A stretch of 64,000 nt of DNA from Macrostomum lignano (lineage: Eukaryota): assembly GCA_002269645.1 (NCBI GenBank), contig NIVC01000814.1, positions 124,001 through 188,000 on the forward strand, given 5' to 3'. Below, piece by piece: positions 27,701 to 37,977 of the stretch. The number at the start of each line of letters is the position of its first letter. The stretch's first letter is position 1. The notes under the pieces are model-generated. The model did not search any database, was not told the origin of the DNA, and saw only the letters and a program-made list of their open reading frames with translations. A program made the translations under genes and the position numbers.

Positions 27701-30700
27701 CGGTGACAAAGCTACTCCGACCGACGGTGGCTTCGACTAGTTGGCCATAGTAACCCGGGCCAGCAGCCAGCTCGTTGGCCGCGCCGCTCAGGATCATCCA
27801 CAGCTGGCCGCGCAGTCGTTCAGGCAGGCCTTCGTACACCAGACGGCGCAGTTCTGGCGTGCGGTACATGCAAACCCCGGAGCCGTACTCTTTGAAGTAG
27901 GCGTCCCAGAGTACCTGGGGAGGGTGTTTGGAAATTCAAATGAATTGGACCAAGAATACAACAAAGATTTTACTCAAAATCTTTCGAAATGATCCCCGAC
28001 TCTCCTAACTGATCCCTTGTTCTCTTAAATGGTCCCTAATTTTCCCTGATGATACCCAATCTTCCCAAAATATCTCCAATCTTTCCAAAAGATTCCCAAT
28101 CTTCCCAAGAGGCCCCGAATCTTCCCAAGAGGCCCCGAATCTTCCCAAGAGGCCCCGAATCTTCCCAAGAGATCCCAAATCTTCCCAAGAGATCCCAATC
28201 TTCCCAAGAGATCCCAAATCTTCCCAAGAGATCCCCAATCTTCCCAAGAGATCCCGAATCTTCCCAAGAGATCCCAAATCTTCCCAAGAGATCCCAATCT
28301 TCCCAAGAGATCCCAAATCTTCCCAAGAGATCCCGAATCTTCCCAAGAGATCCCAAATCTTCCGAAGAGATCCCAATCTTCCCAAGAGATCCCAAATCTT
28401 CCCAAGAGATCCCAATCTTCCCAAGAGATCTCGAATATTCCTAAGAGATCTCGAATCTTCCCAACAGATCCCGAATCTTCCCAACAGATCCCGAATCTTC
28501 CCAAGAGATCCCCAATCTTCCCAAGAGATCTCGAATATTCCTAAGAGATCCCGAATCTTCCCAACAGATCCCGAATCTTCCCAAGAGATCCCGAATCTTC
28601 CCAAGAGATCCTAATCTTCCCTAAAGATCAGATCAATCTTCATAAAAAAAAGAAAAAAACCAGTCTTTCCAAAAAAATATCTAATATTCCCAAAAGATGG
28701 TCATGATCAGTCTTCTATAAATATTACCAATCTTCCCAAAAGATTCCCCAATCATCCCAGACGATCATCAATCTTTCCGATATTCCGAACTGATGAAAAA
28801 ATCGATGATATGATCTCCCATTGTTAAAAAAATCGATCTTCAATATTCTCGGACAAATCCAAACCTCTTTTCCAGCCGCCTCGTCCGAGAACAGATGCGG
28901 ATGACTCTGGGTGAAGATGTGCACCAGAGCGGGCTGCCTGTGCAAATCCGGACAGAGCAGCTGATGCTGTTGCTGCCCAACTGGGCTTTGAACTTCGCCA
29001 GGTTGTTCGGCAATTTTCTGTCGGCGCAAATAAGCGGTGAGCTTCTCCAGCAGCACCTCGCGATCCAGCAGGTCTGTGAACAGCACCTGTGGGATTCAGC
29101 GAGCCTCAGGGTTTGATGGAGGCGAATCTCAGGGCTTGATGGAGACGAATCTCAGGGCTTGATGGAGACGAATCTCAGGATTTGATGGAGACAAATCTCA
29201 GGGCTTGATGGAGACGAATCTTAGGGCTTGATGAAGACAAATCTCAGGGCTTGATGGAGACGAATCTCAGGGCTTGATGGAGACGAATCTCAGGATTTGG
29301 AGACAAATGTCAGGGCTTGATGGAGACGAATCTCAGGGCTTGATGGAGACGAATCTCAGGATTTGATGGAGACGAATCTCAGGGTTTGATTGAGACGAAT
29401 CTCAGAGCTTGATGGAGACGAATCTCAGGATTTGATGGAGACGAATCTCAAGGTTTTTAGACGACAAATCTCATGGAATTGTGAGGAAGAATCTGGTCAG
29501 AAAACTATGGATATCCTTACCGGTTGGGAGCCGCTGCAGGACGGTCTCAAATGCAGAAACAGACTCTGTCCCGGCCGACCCTGCCCTCCAACCGGTTCGT
29601 CTTTCTTCTCGGCGCAGGCCACGTCTCTAAGCGGCACCACCAGCTGCACAAGTCCGGGCAATTCGCTAGCGAAGCAAAGAAAATTTGGCGACAGATGCAA
29701 CCGGCCGGCTACAATCTTACGATCGTAGGGAGTGTAGAGAGAGCAGTCCAGATGACCGTCAAGAGGTTCGTCGACTGGCAAACTGAACTGGACGCGGTAG
29801 CGTTCGCTCCGTCTTCGAGCTTCTAGATCGCGTTTCAACTGCGGCGTTGTTGCTAACGAGCCGCCGCCGTCACCTCCGCTGCCGCCAAGAGATTTGCGAC
29901 GGCGGGACATCGAAGATGCGGTGTTGCCGGGACGGCGCTGTTAAAAAAATTAGTTGTGTCAAGTGCGCGATAACACAACACTGCCGCATGTGGGATGCTT
30001 ATGCTTTATGGGGCTGCGGACTGAGTGACGCCACAAAATCTTCATTGTCTGTGGCATGTACATGTGGATTCTGCAGTGTCTGTGGCATGTGGATTCTGCA
30101 TTGTCTGTGACATGTGGATTCTGCATTGTCTGTGACATGTGGATTCTGCAGTGTCTATGGCATGTGGATTCTGCAGTGTCTGTGGCATGTGGATTCTGCA
30201 GTGTCTGGGGCATGTGGATTCTGCAGTGTCTGTGGCATGTGGATTCTGCAGTGTCTGTGGCATGTGGATTCTGCAGTGTCTGTGGCATGTGGATTCTGCA
30301 GTGTCTGTGGCATGTACATGTGGATTCTGCAGTGTCTGTGGCATGTGGATTCTGCAGTGTCTGTGGCATGTGGATTCTGCAGTGTCTGTGGCATGTGGAT
30401 TCTGCAGTGTCTGTGGCATGTGGATTCTGCAGTGTCTGTGGCATGTGGATTCTGCAGTGTCTGTGGCATGTACATGTGGATTCTGCAGTGTCTGGGGCAT
30501 GTGGATTCTGCAGTGTCTGTGGCATGTGGATTCTGCAGTGTCTGTGGCATGTGGATTCTGCAGTGTCTGTGGCATGTGGATTCTGCAGTGTCTGTGGCAT
30601 GTGGATTCTGCAGTGTCTGTGGCATGTACATGTAGATTCTGCAGTTTCTGGGCATGTGGATTCTGCAGTGTCTGTGGCATGTACATGTGGATTCTGCAGT

Positions 30701-33700
30701 GTCTGTGGCATGTGGATTCTGCAGTGTCTGTGGCATGTACATGTGGATTCTGCAGTGTCTGTGGCATGTGGATTCTGCAGTGTCTGTGGCATGTGGATTC
30801 TGCAGTGTCTGTGGCATGTACATGTGGATTCTGCAGTGTCTGTGGCATGTGGATTCTGCAGTGTCTGTGGCATGTACATGTGGATTCTGCAGTGTCTGGG
30901 GCATGTGGATTCTGCAGTGTCTGTGGCATGTACATGTGGATTCTGCAGTGTCTGTGGCATGTGGATTCTGCAGTGTCTGTGGCATGTACATGTGGATTCT
31001 GCAGTGTCTGTGGCATGTGGATTCTGCAGTGTCTGTGGCATGTACATGTGGATTCTGCAGTGTCTGTGCCAATTTTGGCATGTGCCAATTTTCGTATCAA
31101 ATTCATGTGGCCACTCACGGAATCGAACCCTGGACTTTTTACGCGAGAGTCCGACGCTCCTACCGCAAAGCTAATCTGTACCCCAGTCTAATCGGTGCAG
31201 AGCGAATTCTTTAAGCTTCAATTACAGGGACTATAGAATAGATTTAATTGAATTGAAAATTTTTAACCGCACTTACTTGCTTGGATGCGCTACTGGAGGC
31301 CTTAGCAACGCTAGACGCCGTATCCAAGGCCGGCAAGAAGCTCTTACTAGTGTCGTAGCCGTCCTCAGACAGCAGCCTCCTGACGGCTAAATTAGCCAAT
31401 TGCTGCATCATTCTGTAGGTCTCGTCAATTTTCATAAACATTGAGAAGTTGTACTGCAAAAACAATTAAACTATGATTGATTGGCGCACTTTAAGCGACA
31501 TTGTCACACAACCGGCGACAGGCATCACTGCCCATTCCGCCGACTCCCCTGAGCAGGCACACAAGCGCGCAGATACGTACGCAGTCATACGCACAGGCAC
31601 ACACTCACACAGGAGTGTACAGCGGCCCTAACTTTATCTATCGTTAGGCATGTACACTTCACTGTGCCTTGGCGGTTGGCCTTCAATGGCGTTAATTGCA
31701 CGAGCAGAGCCAAGCCGAGATTCCAACTCAGTTTATAATAATCCAGTGGCTTCTTACCTCTTCTTCACGGGTGGCAACGCGAATACTTTCAGGTAATAAC
31801 AGATTAGCGCCGCGTTCAATCAACTGCGGGGGGAGTACAGATTTTAAAGACTCAATATAATTATGGATCTAGGCACTGCATTAAAACGCTAACCTGTTAT
31901 ATATATATTCTGTTATATAAAGTCAGTTTAATAAGTTTACTACGTATATAAGAAAGGACAGAGCGAGCCCTGGACAGCTTTTCTGTCTTTCCGCCTGGGG
32001 TACACAAAGCAGAGAAAAAAGTTACCAAAAAAGTCAATACTGCAATAATACCCCTCTCTTTCTCTCTCTTTACAAATTCAACAATAGCTGGGTAGCGAAG
32101 GGTTAAGCGGAAGAGAAGACGCACACACACAGAGAGACACTGACAGGAGAACCAGACTAAGAGCAAGAGTTAACCGAGTCAATGTGTGCCGCATTACATA
32201 TCGGAGAGGGACTAAATCACGAATAACGGGCACAAGGATCGGGCGGGGGGCCTTTGAGTTTTGCATAATATTGAATCTGTCTCTGTTGCAGTAAAGTTGA
32301 TCTGCTTTGTGATTAACTTTATTATCTACATGTAGGCTGTAAGTTATGTTTGGAAAGCCATGATATTGGCTGTTCTGACACCAATTTTGGCCTTTCTGAC
32401 ACCAATATTGGCCTTTCTAACACCAATCTTGGCCTTTCTGACATCAATCTTGGCCTTTCTGACCCCAATATTGGCCTTTCTGACACCAGTCTTGGCCTTT
32501 CTGACACCAATCTTGGCCTTTCTGACACCAATCTTGGCCTTTCTGACACCAGTCTTGGCCTTTCTGACACCAATATTGGCCTTGTTGACACCAATCTTGG
32601 CCTTACTGACACCAATCTTGGCCTTTCTGACACCAGTCTTGGCCTTTCTGACACCAATCTTGGCCTTTCTGACACCAATCTTGGCCTTTCTGACACCAGT
32701 CTTGGCCTTTCTGACATCAATATTGGCCTTTCAGACACCAATTTTGGCCCTTCTGACATCAATTTTGGCTTCTGACACCAACTTTGGCTTTCTGACACCA
32801 GTCTTGGCCTTTCTGACCCCAATATTGGCCTTTCTGACATCAGTCTTGGCCTTTCTGACACTAATCTTGGCCTTTTTAACACCAGTCTTGGCCTTTCTGA
32901 CACCAATATTGGCCTTTCTGACACCAATCTTGGCCTTTTTGACACCAGTCTTGGCCTTTCTGACACCAATATTGGCCTTTTTGACACCAGTCTTGGCCTT
33001 TCTGACACCAATATAGGCCTTTCTGACACCAATCTTGGCCTTTTTGACACCAATCTTGGCCTCTTTGACACCAATCTTGGCCTCTTTGACACCAATCTTG
33101 GCCTCTTTGACACCAATCTTGGCCTTTCTGACATAAATCTTGGCCTTTCTGACACCAACTTTGGCTTTCTGACACCAATTTAGGCTTTTCTGACACCAAA
33201 TTGGCCCTTTTGACACCAATATTGGAACTTTTGACACCAATACTGTTGCGTGTGCACTTTTAAATGTTGTACTTAATATACGAAGTACTATTATTATTCT
33301 TGTCTCAGCCACAGACACAAGACTCAGGAGATGAAAAGTCTAGAACGTTGCTCACAAAATGTAAAAAGGCACTCCACACAGAGTGGAGAATCGTCCCCAC
33401 AACCATTGACGACAATTCTGCTCATTCAGCTGACCCCTGAGCACAGACAAGCGCCAATACTGTACGCAGGCATGTACATTCTCTGTGTCTCTGGGGGTTG
33501 GCCCTTGCAGGTGTAAATTTCACGACGATTTTAGTGCCCGCAAGCCTCAAATTGAGTGTGGCCGCCACGGAATCAAACCAGGGGTCGCGGCGCGAGAGTC
33601 GGATGCGGTCAGCGCTGAGCTGACCCATAGCGACTCTGCTGACATTGTTTTTTCACAAGATGGAAAAAGAAATATGATTAAATTATAAATTACTTGAAGC

Positions 33701-36700
33701 ATTCTCACCTTGATATCAACCCAAGCCAGCACAATGGACACTTCGGTACCAACTAGATAAGAATAAAAGCACATATAATTAACACTCAGGTACATCCAAC
33801 CCTGTCTAGGCACTTTGTTCTTCCACAAAGAACACGAGTAATCTGCGGATTTAAAAACGATAGCGAAAAATTGACAAATATTTAAGTATATCATCTTTGT
33901 TTGAGCTACTGTCAGTAGAAAATCTAGCAAAAAGTCATTCTAATTTTTTAAACGATATTGACTTACAGTTGACCAGCTTCTCCTCCGAGTGCATGTCGAA
34001 CAGGGTAATAAACCTGTGCGACGCTGTTTGAAACGACTTTTTCTCCTGCTCTGCAATGCAAAGTTTTAGATGACAAAATTAAAGCAACAATGTAGCTTCA
34101 AGGACTACTTAACAACACAAGACGTTACACTTGCAAATATTGGCAGAATTCTAAAAGGCCGCTTTGAATGTATGTGTCTATGCTTTTAGTGGTCTTTTTG
34201 CTTAGTAATTGAGAAATCTAGGCATAATAAAGCCTTTTAAGTGCATGTATTCCAGTCCTTTGTATTTTCATAAAAAGATAAACGAGGTGAAAATTTTTGA
34301 CAAAGAAGAAATACCAGAAATAACGGAATTCCTAGATGCGTTTCTTGAGTGTAGAAGCATCGAAAAAGTAGCTAAGATAGCAACAAGAATGAATATCGAA
34401 TGATAGGAACTACACTTCTTCAATAATTATACTATATTGGTATGCTCGTAGCGCGAATCATGAACTTGTCTAAAATGAAGCAACACGAAGGCACCAAAGA
34501 TGACAATGAACTTTTCTCAAAATGAAAGCGTCGAAAAAACTTTTATTAGTAAAGACTTTCAAGTAAAGTAAAAGACACTTAGTAAGGTGGTTTTCACACA
34601 TAATATTCACAATCAAGCTGCGTTGCTATGCGAATTGTAAGCAAAAATACCACTAAAACCATAGACACATACATTCAAAGCGGCCTTTTACAATTCTTCC
34701 AATATTTGCAAGTGTAACGTCCTGTGTTGTTAAGTTGTCCTTGTGTAGCTTGTTGTACAGCGCTGGACCATATAGTTGGGTAAACCGAAGCAAGCAGCCT
34801 ATTCATTTCCGCGTACTAACCACGACCAACTACGCTTAACTTGTGGCGCTGACGTTAACACTAGGCTAGCGGTAGGTGGTTTTTCATATATATGAAAAAT
34901 AGCTTACTAAATAGAGAAGAGGTGGAACACAGAAACGAAGTAGGCCTAAGTTTTTGTAGCCCATGAAAACGGTACCTTGGCTAAGAAGCGTCCCAGACTC
35001 AATTGCGTCACTCCGAGAGTCGGTATCAGAGCAATTTTCAAATGAAAATGGAAATGCAAAATGGGAAAAAATGACTCTAGACGACTTTAAAGCGACGAGA
35101 TGTCGCTGTAAAAGTCGCCAAAGAGTCGTCCAAGCATTACTTTGAAGCGTTTTATTGCCTGCGACCCTGAAACGACTCTGGGGCCGTAGAGTAGTATTTG
35201 AGGCGTGCTGAGTCGCTGTGCATTCACCAAGTTGAGTTTAAAGTACACTAACCAGACTACTGAGTTAGTAGAAAGTTAAGCGTCATCACAACGATTCTTT
35301 GACGACTCTTTCGTGACTCTTTCGATTCTACGAGTCAACTCACGTGACACGCTTGTTACGCAACAGTCGCCTCTACGTCGCATTGGACGAGTTTGAGTTG
35401 TTAAAAAGTAATAAAAGTCGCTGGAGTCACTAGAGAGTTGCTTGCAACGACTTTTTAGCGGCTTTTGTCACGGAAAAAATTTCCACGGATACGGTTACGT
35501 TAGGGCCAAGTTTAGGTGGCTAGGTTTAGGTTATTATTAAGTTCTAGGTAGGTTTATTTAGTTTAGGGCAAAGCTTTAGTTTCGGGCTATTATAGGGTTA
35601 GGGTATGGGAATTAGGGTTCAGTATAGGGTTTGGATAGGGTTTAGGTTCAACATTTATTTAGTGGCAGTCAAGCCGATCCATCCGATATGTATCGAAATC
35701 AATATTACGAGCGTAGAATTAATAATAGATTCTCACCTTTGCTATTATCTGCAGTAGTGGAAGGCGGTTCGCAGGACTCGGCCAGTAGGCTGGCAATTTT
35801 TCCATTAACTAAACTGAGCATATCGTCCGGATTGTCGAGACTAACCAGGCTGGGGGCCAGGTTGTTGGCCAGCCAATTCCAGTGCTTGTCCGTTTCGTCT
35901 TTATTGTTAGACTCGGCTATGGCTGAGTGCCAGGTGTGAAAGTTTAAAATGAGGTTCTCTCTAAGATTAGGTTTATAAAAATTCAGATATTGCATAAAAA
36001 TTCACTCGGGGGGGGCAGTGGACCCCATTTGCCCCCTAACATGTTCTGCTCTCATTTTGCTGATGCTCTACTACAAACAGTACTTATTAGGATCCTGGGT
36101 TCAAATTAAGGATGCCAAATTGAAAACTGCGGGCATCAGAAATATCGAAATAAAAAATACTAGCATCTCTACCCCCTATCCTTTACACTGCTGAGTCTCT
36201 TGACCAACAGAAGTTGCACCAAGTCTGTAGACTCTATGTGTTTACAAATTCCTCTGTCAATTACTAAGACAATTTATTAGGTCTTGAAATTCCAAGAACT
36301 CCAAAAATAAACCTAGATTACTATAATAACCAATTAGAATATGGCATGGTTGATAACTTTTCTATGATCAAGTTATAAAAGCACAAAAAAAATTTGGTCA
36401 ACTCACAGTAGCTGACTTCACTATCAGGTGGAGTGTACAAGATGCGGTAAAGGAAAGACTGAAAAAATATAATAACAATTTTAAATAATGACCGTTACAT
36501 TGGCAACTTTAGTACTTTGCTTTTATGTATATATAGAGAAATCCTCACCTTTGACTCCCAAACTGAGTCAATAGTGCCAAAGATAAGGCCAGATATACCA
36601 CTGCCTCTGCCTTTTCTACGCTGTAAGCTGAATTGTCCATTAACTACCTCAGTGACCCTGTTACAGTTGTAGATATTTGGAGTTTAGAATCATTCTTCCT

Positions 36701-37977
36701 TAAATTTTCTAAGTATAAGAAATTATATAATAGATAATAAATACAATTCTAAGCATATTTTACTAAAGCCTATTCATAGATGCTATGATACACAGATTTT
36801 CTAAGTGTACACAAACACTTGAGTTGTTGGAATGGGTGTCATATATACTATAGTTCATTTATAGCATAAGTATCTACATTATAATAATTATACTTTAGTG
36901 CTACTGAAGATCATAGGTTTAAAAGTCATTTTGATTAAATTAAATGGAAAAATTAAGCTTAAAATAAGATTTTTATCATAAAAATAACTAAAAGAAATAA
37001 ATTTTTATCTAATCCTTTAAGTATCAAACGTCTTACTTTATAATAAAATATATTTAAACCATATAAAACCTCTCATTTGGCAATTTAATTTATAGATACT
37101 ATACTAAACCATTGGAAGCTATTTTTTCTTCAAAAAACATTTTGGAACATTTATTATCCTATAAAAACTTTGTTTTGTCAAAAATCTAGGACAACTTGTC
37201 TCATTTTTCATTATTTCACATATTGCTTTAGAGGAATCACCCACAAATTTAGGAGGTTCTAATAATAATGTAACTTATATTAAATTATATTCTAGATTAT
37301 AACAATTAAAATAATTTCATTTTTATAAGTACGAGTACAAGATTTGTATTTAAATATTATAATATATATTTCTTTTTATTAGTAAATAAAGTTTTTATTA
37401 ACATAAAGAATCTTTTTTGAAGAAAAAATTAGATAGGGCCTAGTATAAGTGGTAAAATATAGATGAAAGCAATTGATAAAATAAAATTGACTAAACTATA
37501 TTTAAATCTAGACAACTACATTAATCTCAAGGTCCACATCACATAAACCCTTAGGCTTAGACCTTGACTTCTATGACTAGCTGCAGCCTGCAAGGTGCTT
37601 TTAACCTGGCTTATTAGTGCTATATAAAATTGTATCTTGTTAATATCTAAACTTTTAAGTCTTATATAACGTGTTATATAACATGATTCATCTCAGATTA
37701 TATTTATAATGCTGCCTAGATGAAATTTCATACTACTGTAGATTAAATGTCTTCCACAATAATACACAAACAAAGCAACCTAGATGAAAATTATATAGAC
37801 ATACTTTCCCTAACGAATGACTATAGAAAAAAGTAAAAAAGTAATCAAAAAGAATTCCAAATATATTTCTCATTAAAATTTTTCATTTCTATTTTCCTTA
37901 ATAGTGTGTTTTACTCACTCGTCAGCTTACCATAAAGGTCCTTTAACGAGAACTTCCTGCAAAGGCGTCCAAACCAT
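5755..37977 (-). CDS. TBC1D9: TBC1 domain family member 8/9-like Rab GTPase-activating protein (GRAM-GRAM-TBC-EF-hand)
   Basis: Exons 37977-37931 ([16 protein letters not shown]), 36657-36549 (LQRRKG), probably 36094-36041 (see finding), 35922-35737 (alternative start 35956), 34050-33967, 33842-33709 ([21 protein letters not shown]), 31823-31758, 31453-31277, 29937-29521, 29086-28865, 27914-27570 ([16 protein letters not shown]...IGYCQ), 26271-26024 (AMNIV...EEEAFWLL), 25581-25305, 25151-24813, 24296-23772, 6021-5755 ([12 protein letters not shown]). Junctions are GT-AG and phase-consistent. The catalytic R-finger and Q-finger motifs are present. TBC1D8 versus TBC1D9 cannot be resolved. Confidence 0.9.
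6355..7470. repeat. CT-rich low-complexity tract with a pure (CT)n core at ~6695-6762
   Basis: Direct reading. Confidence 0.9.
7990..8667 (-). mobile_element. Different Helitron/Helentron(DINE)-like non-autonomous element abutting the array
   Basis: Minus strand reads TCTCTACCTATAAAAATCAAAACTCTGTCTGTCTGTC..., a typical Helitron-N 5' end. It shares GCGGGCGGAGGTTGGGGTGG with the array units and has a GCCAGAC/GTCAGGC hairpin near 8000-8020. Boundaries are uncertain. Confidence 0.4.
8668..23133 (-). mobile_element. Head-to-tail array of eight non-autonomous Helitron-like units (1.27-2.6 kb each) in the last TBC1D9 intron
   Basis: Junctions at ~8668, 10553, 13148, 14441, 16329, 18923, 20364 and 21629; outer 5' end ~23133. 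On the minus strand units begin TC...TAATACTAAA followed by a (GTTT/GTCT)n microsatellite, and end with a CTCCTCC-nnn-GGAGGAG hairpin plus TTGGCCTCG. No RepHel ORF is present. Confidence 0.6.
24378..24705. repeat. Intronic minisatellite, 18-bp unit GAGGTGGGTGTGCGGA(A/G)T
   Basis: Direct reading. Confidence 0.93.
26375..27566. repeat. Intronic minisatellite, ~21-bp unit CACCCTACTGTCTCCCCATCT
   Basis: Direct reading. Confidence 0.93.
28040..28625. repeat. Intronic minisatellite, 19-20-bp unit ATCTTCCCAAGAGATCCC(G)A
   Basis: Direct reading. Confidence 0.93.
29103..29452. repeat. Intronic minisatellite, 23-bp unit GAGACGAATCTCAGGGCTTGATG, ~15 copies
   Basis: Direct reading. Confidence 0.93.
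30045..31070. repeat. Intronic minisatellite, 25/31-bp unit GGCATG(TACATG)TGGATTCTGCAGTGTCTGT
   Basis: Direct reading. Confidence 0.95.
31108..31178 (-). mobile_element. tRNA-like head of the second SINE family, directly upstream of the 25-bp minisatellite
   Basis: TAGCTTTGCGGT...GTCGGACTCTCGCG...GGGTTCGATTCCGTGAGTGGCCA. The B-box is perfect but there is no intact acceptor stem. Confidence 0.5.
32375..33240. repeat. Intronic minisatellite, 21-bp unit TCTGACACCAATCTTGGCCTT, ~40 copies
   Basis: Direct reading. Confidence 0.95.
33425..33628 (-). mobile_element. Second tRNA-derived SINE-like family (head 33628-33559 plus body)
   Basis: B-box GGTTTGATTCC followed by GTGGCGGCCA. Related head at 31178-31108 and related body at ~31540-31690. 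Confidence 0.5.
34099..34743. mobile_element. Non-autonomous DNA transposon with ~115-bp TIRs and perfect 8-bp TSD (P-element- or hAT-like)
   Basis: Termini CAAGGAC...GTCCTTG. Arms ~34099-34212 and ~34630-34743 are reverse complements with few mismatches. TGTAGCTT lies on both sides (34091-34098, 34744-34751). Confidence 0.85.

Noticed and set aside
29959-33318. Long ORFs of 140-370 aa with repetitive peptides (also at 6.2-7.2k, 28.0-28.6k, 46.5-47.7k, 51.2-55.3k)
   Set aside because: They are stop-free read-through of minisatellites, open in several frames on both strands and mostly inside introns of real genes.
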